Source of the DNA: Rhodobacteraceae bacterium UBA3069
Lineage (GTDB): Bacteria > Pseudomonadota > Alphaproteobacteria > Rhodobacterales > Rhodobacteraceae
Assembly: GCA_002366795.1 (NCBI GenBank)
Contig: DFBX01000123.1
Span: 83,348-147,347, forward strand
Direction of reading: 5' to 3'
DNA length: 64,000 nucleotides
A model generated the notes under the pieces. It did no database searches and was not told the origin of the DNA. It saw nothing but the letters and a program-made list of their open reading frames with translations. Every line of letters begins with the position of its first letter. Within the stretch, counting starts at the first letter, position 1. Made by a program: the position numbers and the translations under genes. Below are positions 32,981-43,808 of this stretch, piece by piece.

Positions 32981-33265
32981 CTAAAGTTGTCGATACTTTT
33001 GCACCGCTGTGGCTTTCAGCGCATCCTCACCATGTTCGGTAATAGCGCCGACCCATTCCTGGAACTCCTCTACGGACAGGCCATAGCACTTCAATGCCTC
33101 GTCCTGACCGATCAGCCCATAGACCACCCCGCGCACCACCGCAGCCTTGCGCGAGGCGACCCATCGTTTCGTCGTCGCAGGTGGCAGATCCGCCCGCGTC
33201 ATGACCGTGCCATCCGGAAGCGTGACCGCCCGTGGCCCATCGACTTTCTTTAGAAACATCGTCAC
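32981..33265 (-). CDS. sciP: SciP-like small CtrA inhibitor (DUF1153)
   Basis: ...MTRADLPPATTKRWVASRKAAVVRGVVYGLI...EEFQEWV...KYRQL matches the recalled Caulobacter SciP pattern. The track start is GTG; an ATG lies at 33259. Confidence 0.72.
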   Translation of the reverse strand: MTMFLKKVDGPRAVTLPDGTVMTRADLPPATTKRWVASRKAAVVRGVVYGLIGQDEALKCYGLSVEEFQEWVGAITEHGEDALKATAVQKYRQL

Positions 33266-33303
33266 ATATCCATTGCCGTTTCCTCAACCTTGCGCAATTG
33301 CCC

Positions 33304-33318
33304 TTAACAGCGCGTGAA
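33304..33318. promoter_or_regulatory. CtrA-box-like site upstream of sciP
   Basis: TTAAcagcgcgTGAA (7 of 8). Confidence 0.3.
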
Positions 33319-33383
33319 ACGGCACCTTGAGGATAGTTCGAATTTTCCTATATTCTCTCATACTTCTGGTAAGGATTGGATCC

Positions 33384-34523
33384 ATGGCACGCGACGGCGT
33401 CGAATTGAACTCTTTGGGCTTTGCAAAGCCCCCCTCGGAAACCCGCGTGGTGGTGGCCATGTCGGGCGGGGTCGACAGCTCTGTCGTGGCGGCGCAACTG
33501 GCCGAGGAAGGCTATGACGTGGTCGGCGTCACCTTGCAGCTGTATGACCATGGCGCGGCGCTGGCCAAAAAGGGCGCTTGCTGCGCCGGGATCGACATCC
33601 ACGATGCCCGCCGCGTCGCAGAAGAGATGAACTTCCCGCACTACGTCCTTGATTATGAGAACATTTTCAAGGATGCGGTGATTGATGAATTCGCCGACAG
33701 CTATCTGGCGGGGGCGACGCCGGTGCCCTGTATCCGCTGCAACGAGCGGGTGAAATTCAAGGACCTGCTGGAAACCGCCAGGGATCTGGAGGCCGATTGC
33801 ATGGCCACCGGCCACTACATCCAGCGCAAGATGGGGCCACACGGGCCCGAACTGCACAGTGCGGCGGATGCGAACCGCGACCAAAGCTATTTCCTGTTCT
33901 CGACCACGCCGGAACAGTTAGAATTCTTGCGATTTCCATTGGGGCATCTGCCGTCAAAGGACGCGACGCGTAAGTTGGCCGCGAAATACGGGCTGGCCGT
34001 TGCGGACAAGCCGGACAGCCAGGATATCTGTTTCGTGCCGAACGGTAACTATGCCTCGGTCATTGAAAAACTGCGCCCCGGCGCCGCGGAACCTGGCGAA
34101 ATTGTTGATACCGGGGGCAACGTGCTGGGCACCCATAACGGCGTGATCCACTACACCATCGGGCAGCGCCGTGGCCTTGGCATCGGCGGGCTTGCGGACC
34201 CTTTGTATGTGGTCAAGCTGGACGTGGATGCGCGGCAAGTGATCGTCGGGCCGAAAGGGCTGCTGTCCACCCGCACCGTGCCCGTGCGCGAAATCAATTG
34301 GCTGCGAGACGCGCCGTTCGATTCCCGCCCCGAATGGCATGTTGCGGTCAAGGTCCGGTCCACCCGCCCCCCACGCGAAGCCGTGATTCGCCCCCTGTCC
34401 CCCACAACAGCCGAGGTGGAACTGGTTGTCGCCGAGGAAGGCGTCAGCCCCGGACAGGCCTGCGTGTTTTATGACACCGAAAGCAGCCGTATTCTGGGCG
34501 GCGGCTGGATTCACAAGGGATAA
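33384..34523 (+). CDS. mnmA: tRNA 2-thiouridine(34) synthase
   Basis: ...[17 protein letters not shown]... PP-loop, ATG 33384. Confidence 0.93.
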   Translation: MARDGVELNSLGFAKPPSETRVVVAMSGGVDSSVVAAQLAEEGYDVVGVTLQLYDHGAALAKKGACCAGIDIHDARRVAEEMNFPHYVLDYENIFKDAVIDEFADSYLAGATPVPCIRCNERVKFKDLLETARDLEADCMATGHYIQRKMGPHGPELHSAADANRDQSYFLFSTTPEQLEFLRFPLGHLPSKDATRKLAAKYGLAVADKPDSQDICFVPNGNYASVIEKLRPGAAEPGEIVDTGGNVLGTHNGVIHYTIGQRRGLGIGGLADPLYVVKLDVDARQVIVGPKGLLSTRTVPVREINWLRDAPFDSRPEWHVAVKVRSTRPPREAVIRPLSPTTAEVELVVAEEGVSPGQACVFYDTESSRILGGGWIHKG

Positions 34524-34526
34524 AGC

Positions 34527-35678
34527 CTACAGCCGCGCCATCACCGCGCGGGCGGCGCGCAGGCCGGGGGCCTCGCCGCCCTGCCCCAGCCGGATCATGG
34601 TCAGTTCCATCGCCTCCAGTTGCGTCTTGGGGTTCTCCATCACCTTCAACATACCGGCGGCGATCAGTTCGGGGCGGCATTCGTCACCGATATATTCGGG
34701 AATCACGCGGGTGTCCGACACAAGGCTGACCAGCGTGACCGTATCGGTCAGCAACATCCGCCCGATGATCTGACGCGATAGCCAGCTCATGTCATAGGCG
34801 ATTACCATAGGCGTGCGGGCGGCGGCCAGTTCCAAAGACACGGTCCCCGACGCGGCCAGCGCGGCCTCGGCCTCGGCGAAGGCCGCGCGCTTTTCCGTGG
34901 CGTATTGCGCCGCATCGGCATCACGCGGGTCAAGGATCAGCGACTCTACCGGCCAATCTGTCGCCAGATCCTGCACCATTTCGGTGACATTGGCCGTGGT
35001 CGGCACAACGAATTTCAGATCGGGGCGCTTGGCGGCAATACGTCCCAATGCGGGGCCGAACACGGGCATCAACCGGCTGACTTCCGAACGGCGCGAACCG
35101 GGCAGGACCAGCAGCATGGGCGCATCGCCCAGGTCATATTTCGCGCGGAAATCCGTGATATCCTGCTGTGTCGCCTGCGGTTCGGCGACAACGGGGTGGC
35201 CGACGAAATCGCACTCCATCCCCGCAGCCTGCATATAGGGCGGCTCGAACGGAAACAGGGCCAGCACCTGGTCGATATGGCGCGCCATTTTCGCGGCGCG
35301 GCCGGGGCGCCATGCCCAAACCGTCGGCGCAACGTAATGCACGGTGCGCATGTCGCTGGCCGCCTTGACGCGTTTGGCCACGCGCAGGCAGAAATCGGGG
35401 CTGTCGATGGTGATCAGCACATCGGGCTGCGCTGCCAGAACCGCGTCGGCGGTTTCCACCATACGGGCGCGCAGGGCGCGATATTTCGGCAGGATCTCGG
35501 CCAGGCCCATGACGGACAATTCATCCATCGGGAACAGGCTTTCCATGCCCTCGGCCTGCATCAGCGGGCCGCCGACGCCAATGAATTCCACCGGCCCAAG
35601 CGATTTCAAACCCGCCATCAGGGCCGCGCCCAGCTTGTCGCCAGACGCCTCGCCCGCGATGAGGAAAACCCGCGTCAC
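34527..35678 (-). CDS. lpxB: Lipid-A-disaccharide synthase
   Basis: MTRVFLIAGEASGDKLGAALM... (GTG start). Confidence 0.93.
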   Translation of the reverse strand: MTRVFLIAGEASGDKLGAALMAGLKSLGPVEFIGVGGPLMQAEGMESLFPMDELSVMGLAEILPKYRALRARMVETADAVLAAQPDVLITIDSPDFCLRVAKRVKAASDMRTVHYVAPTVWAWRPGRAAKMARHIDQVLALFPFEPPYMQAAGMECDFVGHPVVAEPQATQQDITDFRAKYDLGDAPMLLVLPGSRRSEVSRLMPVFGPALGRIAAKRPDLKFVVPTTANVTEMVQDLATDWPVESLILDPRDADAAQYATEKRAAFAEAEAALAASGTVSLELAAARTPMVIAYDMSWLSRQIIGRMLLTDTVTLVSLVSDTRVIPEYIGDECRPELIAAGMLKVMENPKTQLEAMELTMIRLGQGGEAPGLRAARAVMARL

Positions 35679-36475
35679 GCGTCCCTCGCCATCAGGAAAA
35701 TTCCTGCGTCTTCAGCGGCTTGAACGGTGGCAGCGCGGTCAAGAACCATCACGCGCCCCGCCTCGATCACGATCCCGCCAAGCCCAGCCCTAGCCGCGGC
35801 GGCAATGGTGGCAGGGCCGATCGCGGGCATGTCCACGCGCAGGTCCTGCCCGCGTTTCGCGGCCTTGACCTGCACCCCATTGGCGCGGCGCAAATGCGCG
35901 GGGGTGCGCGCCACGCAATCCAGCAGGAAATCGGTGCCCTGAATGGTTTCGATTCCCAGACACAGTCCGGCGGCCACAACCGCACCCTGCCCCACATCCA
36001 GCGGCGAAAGCGCATCCAAAATGTCAAAGCCGCGCGCAGCGTCCTTCATATCGGCATCCGAGGGTTCCGGCCCCGCCAGCAGCCCCGCTTTAGCCACCAG
36101 ATCGGGCAGCAATTCATGCGCGCCGATCACGGTGAATCCCTGATCCTCGAACACGTCGATCACCAGACGCAACAGCGCGTCATCGCCGCCCTGCATCGCC
36201 GCCATGATGCGCGGCGCAAGCGACAGCATGAACGGATCAAGCTGTGTGGGGTCCAAAGGCGGGCGGGCGATGCCCCCCGCCATCACCATGCGGCGAACGC
36301 CCCGTTCGCGCAGATCGTCAAACAGCGCACCCAACTTTTCGAAACGATGCTCCAGCAGCGGCGCGGCCATGTCATGCGCCGCGCCCTGAAACACGACCAC
36401 ATGCGCATCGGGATGCGCGGCCCGCAAAATCTGCGGCAGGCTGCCGGAAAACGCCAATATCGCAAGATCGCTCAT
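35675..36475 (-). CDS. lpxI: UDP-2,3-diacylglucosamine diphosphatase LpxI (DUF1009)
   Basis: Sits between lpxA and lpxB. ...DVGQGAVVAAGLCLGIETIQGTDFLL... Confidence 0.85.
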   Translation of the reverse strand: MSDLAILAFSGSLPQILRAAHPDAHVVVFQGAAHDMAAPLLEHRFEKLGALFDDLRERGVRRMVMAGGIARPPLDPTQLDPFMLSLAPRIMAAMQGGDDALLRLVIDVFEDQGFTVIGAHELLPDLVAKAGLLAGPEPSDADMKDAARGFDILDALSPLDVGQGAVVAAGLCLGIETIQGTDFLLDCVARTPAHLRRANGVQVKAAKRGQDLRVDMPAIGPATIAAAARAGLGGIVIEAGRVMVLDRAATVQAAEDAGIFLMARDA

Positions 36476-36479
36476 CGGC

Positions 36480-37265
36480 TTAACTCGGCGTCAGGAAGGA
36501 ACGGTCCGACGCGCCGGATATGAAATCGACAATCTGGCGGACATAGTCGCTTTCCGTTTCCTCGCCCAACCGGCGGGCGCGTTCCTGGAACGCACCTTCG
36601 CCCTGTGCCAGCATCTGGAATGCCGCGCGCAATGCCGTAATATCGGCGCGCGCCACGCCGCGGCGTTTCAGGCCCACAAGGTTCAGCCCGTCCAGATGGC
36701 CGCGCGGCCCCTGCACCAAACCGTAAGGGATCACGTCATTCGTCACCATGGTCACGGCGCCGATGATCGCGCCCTGCCCGATGCGCACCCATTGGTGCAC
36801 GCCCGACAGCCCGCCGATGATCACGTCATCCTCGATCACGCAATGGCCTGCAAGCGCGGCGTTGTTCACCACGATCACCCGATCGCCGATGATCACGTCA
36901 TGGGCGACGTGGCAGCCCGCCATGAACAGGCCGTCATCGCCTACGCGAGTGACACCGCCGCCGCCCTCGGTTCCGGTGTTCATGGTCACATGCTCGCGGA
37001 TGCGGTTACGTGCGCCAATCTCCAGCCGGGTTTCCTCGCCCCTGAATTTCAGGTCCTGCGGGATTTCGCCAATGCAAGCGAAGGAATAGATCACAGTATC
37101 CGCGCCAACCAATGTATCGCCGGTCACGACCACGTGGGATTTCAGCTCGACCCGGTCGGCCAACGTGACATTGGGGCCGATGTGGCAGAACGGCCCGATA
37201 CGGACATCCGCGCCAATATTGGCCCCGTCTTCGATCACCGCCGAAGGGTGGATGAGATCGCTCAT
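36480..37265 (-). CDS. lpxA: Acyl-ACP--UDP-N-acetylglucosamine O-acyltransferase
   Basis: Hexapeptide repeats. [27 protein letters not shown]... Confidence 0.95.
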   Translation of the reverse strand: MSDLIHPSAVIEDGANIGADVRIGPFCHIGPNVTLADRVELKSHVVVTGDTLVGADTVIYSFACIGEIPQDLKFRGEETRLEIGARNRIREHVTMNTGTEGGGGVTRVGDDGLFMAGCHVAHDVIIGDRVIVVNNAALAGHCVIEDDVIIGGLSGVHQWVRIGQGAIIGAVTMVTNDVIPYGLVQGPRGHLDGLNLVGLKRRGVARADITALRAAFQMLAQGEGAFQERARRLGEETESDYVRQIVDFISGASDRSFLTPS

Positions 37266-37750
37266 GCGTCCGCCTTTTCACGATCTGTCTGCGCGCTCAT
37301 GTCCATCATCGCGGTGAATTCAGCCTCGCAGGCCATTTCCCCCTCGACCGAGGCGACGCCTTCGAATTTCCAGACCTTGCCGCCGGCCTTGCCCCGCACC
37401 GTCTTGAGGTTCATTTCCAGCACGTCACCGGGCACCACCATGCGGCGGAACTTGGCCTTATCGATCGCCATGAAATAGACCAGCATGTTCTTGTCGGCCA
37501 TGTCCAGCGCGGTGCCCACCATCACGGCGGCGGTTTGCGCCATCGCTTCGACGAGGGTGACGCCGGGCATGATCGGCTTTCCAGGGAAATGACCCTGGAA
37601 ATGCGGCTCGTTCATGGTGACATTCTTGATGCCACGGGCCGATTGATACCCGTCGATATCGACCACCTTATCCACCAGAAGGAACGGGTAGCGATGCGGG
37701 ATCAGCCGCTGGATCAGGTGGATGTCGGCGCTCAGCAGCGTGTCGGTCAT
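37262..37750 (-). CDS. fabZ: 3-hydroxyacyl-ACP dehydratase
   Basis: ...[14 protein letters not shown]...[18 protein letters not shown]... Confidence 0.95.
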   Translation of the reverse strand: MTDTLLSADIHLIQRLIPHRYPFLLVDKVVDIDGYQSARGIKNVTMNEPHFQGHFPGKPIMPGVTLVEAMAQTAAVMVGTALDMADKNMLVYFMAIDKAKFRRMVVPGDVLEMNLKTVRGKAGGKVWKFEGVASVEGEMACEAEFTAMMDMSAQTDREKADA

Positions 37751-37833
37751 GGGATATCCTCTGTCTGGGATCTGCGCCTTGCACGGGCGCTTTTCTGGAC
37801 AGATCAGTAACAACTTGGCCCTTGCTGGGCAAG

Positions 37834-38466
37834 TTACTCCTGCGCGGGCGGCTGCGTTGCGCTTTCGGCGGGGTTGGTCAGCGGGATCTTTGCCCCGTCA
37901 CCGATTTCGGCGTCGATCCGGGTTACGGCCTGATCGGTGATGTCGATGATATTGGCAGACATGAAGACGTTACGCTGCTCCATGATCACCGCCGCGTCGG
38001 CCTCTTGCATCATGCGTTCCAGCACCGGGCCAGCGGTGGCCAGAAACTGCCGCTGCGCGCGGTCCAGTCGTTCGTTCAGCGCGCGCGCCTTGTCGGCCTG
38101 CTCGGTGCGGGTGCGCTGCACCTTGGCGTCGAACGCATCGGCCAGCGTACGGAATTCTTCGGGGGTCATCTTGGGGCGCTGCTCGGTCAGGTCTTTTTCC
38201 TCGGACGCCAGCTCTGCCTCGATCCGGCGGTTCTCGGCCTCCAGCGCGGCACCGTCTTCTTGCACCTCGCGCGACATGCGCTGGCCGAATTGCGATGCGG
38301 AAAACAGCCTGTCGCGGTCCACCGTCAAAAGCGGAGAGCGCAAGACCTGTTCGCCCAGCGACAGCTCTTGTGCGGCCAGATGCGCAGGAACGCCCCCGCA
38401 AAACAAGGACAGGCCAAGCGTAATGGCCCGGCCTGTCTTGCATATCCGCAAAGCCCGAAGGCGCAT
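37834..38466 (-). CDS. OmpH/Skp-family periplasmic chaperone
   Basis: Signal peptide plus a coiled-coil Glu/Arg/Gln-rich body. The start overlaps the bamA stop. Confidence 0.82.
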   Translation of the reverse strand: MRLRALRICKTGRAITLGLSLFCGGVPAHLAAQELSLGEQVLRSPLLTVDRDRLFSASQFGQRMSREVQEDGAALEAENRRIEAELASEEKDLTEQRPKMTPEEFRTLADAFDAKVQRTRTEQADKARALNERLDRAQRQFLATAGPVLERMMQEADAAVIMEQRNVFMSANIIDITDQAVTRIDAEIGDGAKIPLTNPAESATQPPAQE

Positions 38467-40832
38467 CAGAACTGGCTCGAAATCGTCAGGTTGAAGGTCT
38501 GCTCCTGATCCAGCGCCTCTTTTTGCAGCGCCTTGGAAAAGTTCAGCCGCAGCGGCCCGACCGGCGTATCCCAAAAGATCGAAATACCCGCCACGTGGCG
38601 CAGGCTGAAATCGTCGTAATAGATATCCGACGCGGCCGCGCCGCGCGTGTTGCCGATATCCCAGACAGAGCCGATGTCGTAGAACAAACCGCCGCGAATG
38701 CCCAGTTCCTCGGGCAAGCCCAGCGGGAATTCCGCCTCGAACTTGGCCACGACAAACAGGTTGCCACCAAGCGCATCGTTGACGCCGCCCGCCAGGTTAT
38801 ATTCGCGCGGGCCGATGCCGTCGGGTTCGAACCCGCGCATCACACCATTGCCGATCTGGTAGCGGTCGATCGAACGGCTGTCGCCTTCGGTATAGTTTAG
38901 CGCGCCACCTTCAAGCGAGGCGCGCAGGGTGACTTCCTCGTTCAGTATCTTGGTCTGTCCCAGCACCTTGGCTTGCGTTTTCACAAAGGTCACGTCGCCT
39001 CCGGCCCCGGCAAACTCCTGCCCGAAGCTGAACAGCACACCCGCATTCGGGTTCAACCCGACGCGGCGCGTATCGAAATCAAAATTATAGCCAAAGCCTG
39101 AACTGACCACCACGCCCTCGGCGATCTCGGCCGTGACGGCCGTGCCCGACGTCCCGCCAGAGGAGATCATCTCGGCCTGTTGTGCGCGATAATAAAGGTT
39201 CAGCCGACCATTTTCAGACACGGGGAAGGTAAAGCCCGGCGAAAAGCGCAGCGTTTCCGTGTCATAGGTCGCAAAATCGCCTTGCGTTTCGCGGTATCCC
39301 AGATCGAACGAGAATTGCAGATCGCGCCCCAGCATGCGTGGTTCGACAAATTTCAGCCCGTAAACCTTGTTATCCTCGCCACCAGCGAAGGACAGGTTCA
39401 GCCGCTGGCCACGGCCAAGGAAGTTCTTCTCGGAAAACTCGACCACAAGGCCAAGACCGCCATTGGTCGAATAGGTACCGCCAAAGGACAGCGCGCCGGT
39501 GGTTGTTTCCTCAACCTCGACATCCACGATCACCTTGTCAGGGCTGGACCCTTCGCGCGCCTGCACGTCGGCCTTGCCGAAATAACCAAGGGCGCGAATG
39601 CGTTCGGCGCTTTCGCGGATTTCACGCGGGTTGAACGGGTCGCCCTCGGCCACGCGGAACTGCTGGCGCACCACGCGGTCCAGCGTGGTGGTGTTGCCCT
39701 CGATGTCGATGCGTTCGACAAAGACACGCGGACCACGGACCAGTGCGAATTCCACATCCAGCGTCAGGTCGCGGTCGTTGCGGTTGATCCGCGGTTCGAC
39801 CCGGACGAAATCATAACCCTTGCGGATCGCCAGACGTTCCAGACGGGCGATGTTGTTTTCCACGATGGTCGGGGAATAGACACCGCCGGACTTGATTTTC
39901 AGCGCCGACAGGAATTCATCTGCGTCCACCTCGGCCAGATCGCTGGTGGTGGTGACCTCGCCAAAGCGGAACTGCTGGCCCTCCTGGATGTTGAAAGTCA
40001 GGAAAAACCCGTCGCGCTCCTCGGCCAGTTCAGCATTCACGCCGGTGGTGCGGAAATCGACATAGCCGCGCGACAGGTAGAAATCGCGCAGCACCTGCTT
40101 GTCGAATTCCACGCGGTCCTCGACGAAGGTGTCGGATTTGAACAGCGCGCGCAAAAGGCCCGCCTGCTTGGTTTCCAGCACACGGCGCAGACGGCGGTCG
40201 GAAAAAGCGCGATTGCCGACAAACCCAATGCGCTCGATCTCGGTGATGCCACCTTCGAAGATTTCGAATACCAGATCGACACGGTTGTCGCTGCGGCGGA
40301 TGATACGCGGGGTAACGCGCGCGGCCAGGCGGCCCTGCTGCGAATAGGCCTCGGCGATATTGGCGGCGTCTCGCTCGGCCACGGTGGGCGAGAAGACGCG
40401 GCGCTCTTTCGATTCAACCGCAGCGGACAGCGCGTCATCTTTCAGGCGGCGGTTCCCTTCAAAGGAAATGCGGCTGATGGTGGGGTATTCCGTCACCTTG
40501 ATGACCAGCCGGTTGCCCTGCGGGATCAGTTCCACGGTTTCGAACAGGCCAGAGGCAAGAATGGCCTGGTAGGCGCTGTTCAGCTGACCCGCCGACACAG
40601 TTTCGCCGCGGGCGATTCCCGCGTAAGTCAGGATGGTGCCATCCTCGATCCGCTGGTTCCCGTCGATCTGAACCGTGGTGAAACGATAGTTCTGGGCCGA
40701 TGCCGCATCGGGGAAACCGACGCAAGCCATTGCCGTTGCAAGAAATATTGCTGATCCGCCCAAGCGCAGGCTTGTCAAAGCCCCGCCATTGCATTTCGTT
40801 GCCACTGCCCGTGCCTTTGCGGTTCTGGTCAT
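38466..40832 (-). CDS. bamA: Outer membrane protein assembly factor BamA
   Basis: POTRA repeats plus a C-terminal barrel ending ...FNLTISSQF. ATG 40832 with GGAG upstream (the track start 40895 is TTG). Confidence 0.95.
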   Translation of the reverse strand: MTRTAKARAVATKCNGGALTSLRLGGSAIFLATAMACVGFPDAASAQNYRFTTVQIDGNQRIEDGTILTYAGIARGETVSAGQLNSAYQAILASGLFETVELIPQGNRLVIKVTEYPTISRISFEGNRRLKDDALSAAVESKERRVFSPTVAERDAANIAEAYSQQGRLAARVTPRIIRRSDNRVDLVFEIFEGGITEIERIGFVGNRAFSDRRLRRVLETKQAGLLRALFKSDTFVEDRVEFDKQVLRDFYLSRGYVDFRTTGVNAELAEERDGFFLTFNIQEGQQFRFGEVTTTSDLAEVDADEFLSALKIKSGGVYSPTIVENNIARLERLAIRKGYDFVRVEPRINRNDRDLTLDVEFALVRGPRVFVERIDIEGNTTTLDRVVRQQFRVAEGDPFNPREIRESAERIRALGYFGKADVQAREGSSPDKVIVDVEVEETTTGALSFGGTYSTNGGLGLVVEFSEKNFLGRGQRLNLSFAGGEDNKVYGLKFVEPRMLGRDLQFSFDLGYRETQGDFATYDTETLRFSPGFTFPVSENGRLNLYYRAQQAEMISSGGTSGTAVTAEIAEGVVVSSGFGYNFDFDTRRVGLNPNAGVLFSFGQEFAGAGGDVTFVKTQAKVLGQTKILNEEVTLRASLEGGALNYTEGDSRSIDRYQIGNGVMRGFEPDGIGPREYNLAGGVNDALGGNLFVVAKFEAEFPLGLPEELGIRGGLFYDIGSVWDIGNTRGAAASDIYYDDFSLRHVAGISIFWDTPVGPLRLNFSKALQKEALDQEQTFNLTISSQF

Positions 40833-41269
40833 GCGCTCCGTCCCGTCAAACGTTTTTATTAATGTCTGACTAGCGGGAATGCCCCTTGATGTCAAAACAA
40901 CATCATGGAGGAAGGGGCCATAAAGCCACCAGATAAGGCGGGGTTCTACCGTGTTTTGCGTGACTTGCCGCAGCGCTGTGAAAGCATCTTTCCGCCTATA
41001 CGAAAGGCGTAGCTTCGACGCCGCGGATCAGATCAGGCGCAGCCAAGTGCTCAGCGCCAGTGCGCCCCAGATCGCGGCAATCATCAACAGGCGGTCCCAG
41101 TTCAGCATCAGCAAGAGACCAAGTCCGCGGGTACTATTTTGAATCGTCTGCATGGGTTCGGCCCGTTAAGAGTTTCGGTAAGAAACATTTAACGACCGAA
41201 AATGGCACAAATAGGGCAGGATGCTGGAAATCAGCACCCCGCCCCACATGGTTTTGGAAACAAAATTCC

Positions 41270-42610
41270 TTAGCAGAACAGATCGTTCATCAGGGAGAAA
41301 AGCATCAGCCCCAGCACAAGGAACAGGCCCATCGTGGTCAGGAACCGCAGCACCTTTTCACTGGGCGGGCGGCCCGAAACGGCCTCGTATGCATAGAACG
41401 CCAAGTGGCCGCCATCCAGCACCGGCACCGGGAACAGGTTCAAAAGACCCACCGCGGCCGACAGCACCCCAATGAATTGCAGGAACGAACCCGCGCCCTG
41501 GCTGGCCATCTGGCCCGACACCTGCGCGATGCCGACCGGGCCGGACATGTTGCAGGTGCTGATCGCGCCGGTGATCATGTGCCAAAGGCCCGAAAGCGAC
41601 CCGGTAATGATGTTCCAGGTGTTGCTGACGCCCAGCATGAAGGCCGATCCGATGCCGGGCATGGTGGTTTCCGGTTCGAAATACAGCCCGCCATAGATCC
41701 CCATGCGCCATATGGTGCGGAAACCGCCGCCGGGGGCAGGTTCGTCCATGCGGCGCGGGGCCAGGGTGAATTTCAGCATCTCGCCATCACGCCAGACATC
41801 CAGCAGCACGGGCGCGCCCTGCACCTCGACCACCACGTCTTGCACGTCGCGGATGGAATAGACCGGCGCGCCGTTCGCAGCAGTGATGACATCGCCGATC
41901 TTAAGGTCGATATCGGCGGCGGCGGATTTCGGGGCGAGGTTCTTGATCCGCGCGGCCAGCGGGAACGGCGACTGCACCACCATTTCCCGCCCGTCGCGGC
42001 GGATGGTATAGTCCAGTTCCGCCTGCGACGGCAGCGCACGGATCATCATGTCGAAGTCGCGCGAATAATAGGGCGGAACCTGCTGCCCTTCGATGGCCAG
42101 GATCTCGTCGCCCTCGCGCAGTTCGACCTGTTGCGGCATTGGCTGGACACTGCCCACGGTCAGCGGGTCGGTTACCTTGCCCTGCACCAGCCCCACCACC
42201 ATGAACAGCAAGATCGCCGAGATGAAGTTGAACGCCGGCCCTGCCGCCACGGTTGCCGCGCGCGCCCAAAGCGGCGCGCCAGCCATGGTCTGGCGGCGCT
42301 CCTCCGGGGTCATTTCAGCCACCGCGTTCTCGTCGGTATTCGCCGAGGCCGCATCCGCATCGCCCTTGAACCGCACGTAGCCGCCAAGCGGCAGCAGCGC
42401 CACCTGCCAGACCGTTCCGCGCTTGTCGGTGCGCGAAAACAGTTTCGGCCCGAACCCAAGCGAGAAGACCTCGGCATGGATACCGGACCAGCGGCCCACG
42501 ATGTAATGACCGTATTCATGGATCGCCACGATCACCGAAAGGGCCACGACAAAAGCGAGAATGGTCCAGATCACCCCACCAAGAGAGGGCAGCATTGCGA
42601 GAATGTCCAA
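41270..42610 (-). CDS. rseP: RIP zinc metalloprotease RseP
   Basis: HEYGHY motif and PDZ region. TTG start with AGGACGG upstream. Confidence 0.92.
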   Translation of the reverse strand: MDILAMLPSLGGVIWTILAFVVALSVIVAIHEYGHYIVGRWSGIHAEVFSLGFGPKLFSRTDKRGTVWQVALLPLGGYVRFKGDADAASANTDENAVAEMTPEERRQTMAGAPLWARAATVAAGPAFNFISAILLFMVVGLVQGKVTDPLTVGSVQPMPQQVELREGDEILAIEGQQVPPYYSRDFDMMIRALPSQAELDYTIRRDGREMVVQSPFPLAARIKNLAPKSAAADIDLKIGDVITAANGAPVYSIRDVQDVVVEVQGAPVLLDVWRDGEMLKFTLAPRRMDEPAPGGGFRTIWRMGIYGGLYFEPETTMPGIGSAFMLGVSNTWNIITGSLSGLWHMITGAISTCNMSGPVGIAQVSGQMASQGAGSFLQFIGVLSAAVGLLNLFPVPVLDGGHLAFYAYEAVSGRPPSEKVLRFLTTMGLFLVLGLMLFSLMNDLFC

Positions 42611-42629
42611 AAGTCCGTCCTGTTCGTTC

Positions 42630-43808
42630 TTAACTGCGCGTAGCCACGGCCATCATGGTCTCTTGGGCCTTCGCCCTCGCCAAATGGTCCGTTTGGGTGA
42701 CGTTATCAAGGGTAAAGGCGGCACGAATAAGGCCGGAATCCGATGACAATTGCGTCAGCACATCCTCGACCACATGCGCCATGTCCAGAAATCCGATACG
42801 TCCTTCGATGAAAGCGTCCAGCGCGGTTTCCTTGGCGGCGTTGAAAATCGCGCCCGACATGCCGCCCTGTTCCATCGCCGCGCGGGCAAGACGCAGCGCG
42901 GGATAGCGTTCGGGATCGGGGGCGCGGAATGTCAACTGGCCGATGCGCGCCAGGTCCAGCCGTTCGACCGGCAGTTCGCGCCGCTGCGGCCAGTGCAGCG
43001 CATAGCCGATGGCATGGCGCATATCGGGCGCGCCCACATGCGCCATCAGCGCGCCGTCATTGAACCCCACCAGCGCATGAACCAGCGATTCAGGATGCAC
43101 AAGGGTTTCGATCTTGTCCGGTGCGACCCCGAAAAACTCATTTGTTTCAATCAGTTCCATCGCCTTGTTGAACATCGAGGCGCTGTCGATGGTGATGCGC
43201 TGCCCCATGTCCCAATTGGGATGGCTCGATGCCTCGGCCACGGTGGCACGCGCCAGCTGTTCCATCGGCCAGTCGCGAAACGCGCCGCCCGAGGCGGTGA
43301 TGATGATCCGCTCGACCGCGTTTATATCCTCGCCCACGAGGGCCTGGAAAACGGCGGAATGTTCACTGTCCACCGGCAAGACGGTCGCACCGTGCTGCTT
43401 GGCCGTGCCCATCAGCAAGGCACCGGCCGTGACCAGCGATTCCTTGTTGGCCAGCGCCAGCGTCGCGCCCTGTTCCAGCGCCGAAAGCCCCGGTTTCAGA
43501 CCGGCCGCACCGACGATGGCGGACATGACCCAATCGGCGGGGCGGCCCGCCGCCTCCTCCATGGCCCCTGCCCCGGCGGCGGCCTCGATCCCGCTGCCGG
43601 CGAGGGCGGCGCGCAGATCGTCCAGCCGCGCCGCATCCGCCGTGACCGCCACATCGGCCTGCAGCCGGATCGCATCGGCCGCCAGTTGCGCGATGTTCTG
43701 ACCGCCGGTCAGGGCGACCACGTCGTATTCGTCCGGCGCGCGGGCGATCAGGTCAATCGTGTTCTGCCCGATCGATCCGGTCGCGCCAAAGATGGAAACC
43801 CGCCTCAT
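42630..43808 (-). CDS. dxr: 1-deoxy-D-xylulose-5-phosphate reductoisomerase
   Basis: MRRVSIFGATGSIGQNTIDL... The start overlaps the cdsA stop. Confidence 0.95.
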   Translation of the reverse strand: MRRVSIFGATGSIGQNTIDLIARAPDEYDVVALTGGQNIAQLAADAIRLQADVAVTADAARLDDLRAALAGSGIEAAAGAGAMEEAAGRPADWVMSAIVGAAGLKPGLSALEQGATLALANKESLVTAGALLMGTAKQHGATVLPVDSEHSAVFQALVGEDINAVERIIITASGGAFRDWPMEQLARATVAEASSHPNWDMGQRITIDSASMFNKAMELIETNEFFGVAPDKIETLVHPESLVHALVGFNDGALMAHVGAPDMRHAIGYALHWPQRRELPVERLDLARIGQLTFRAPDPERYPALRLARAAMEQGGMSGAIFNAAKETALDAFIEGRIGFLDMAHVVEDVLTQLSSDSGLIRAAFTLDNVTQTDHLARAKAQETMMAVATRS

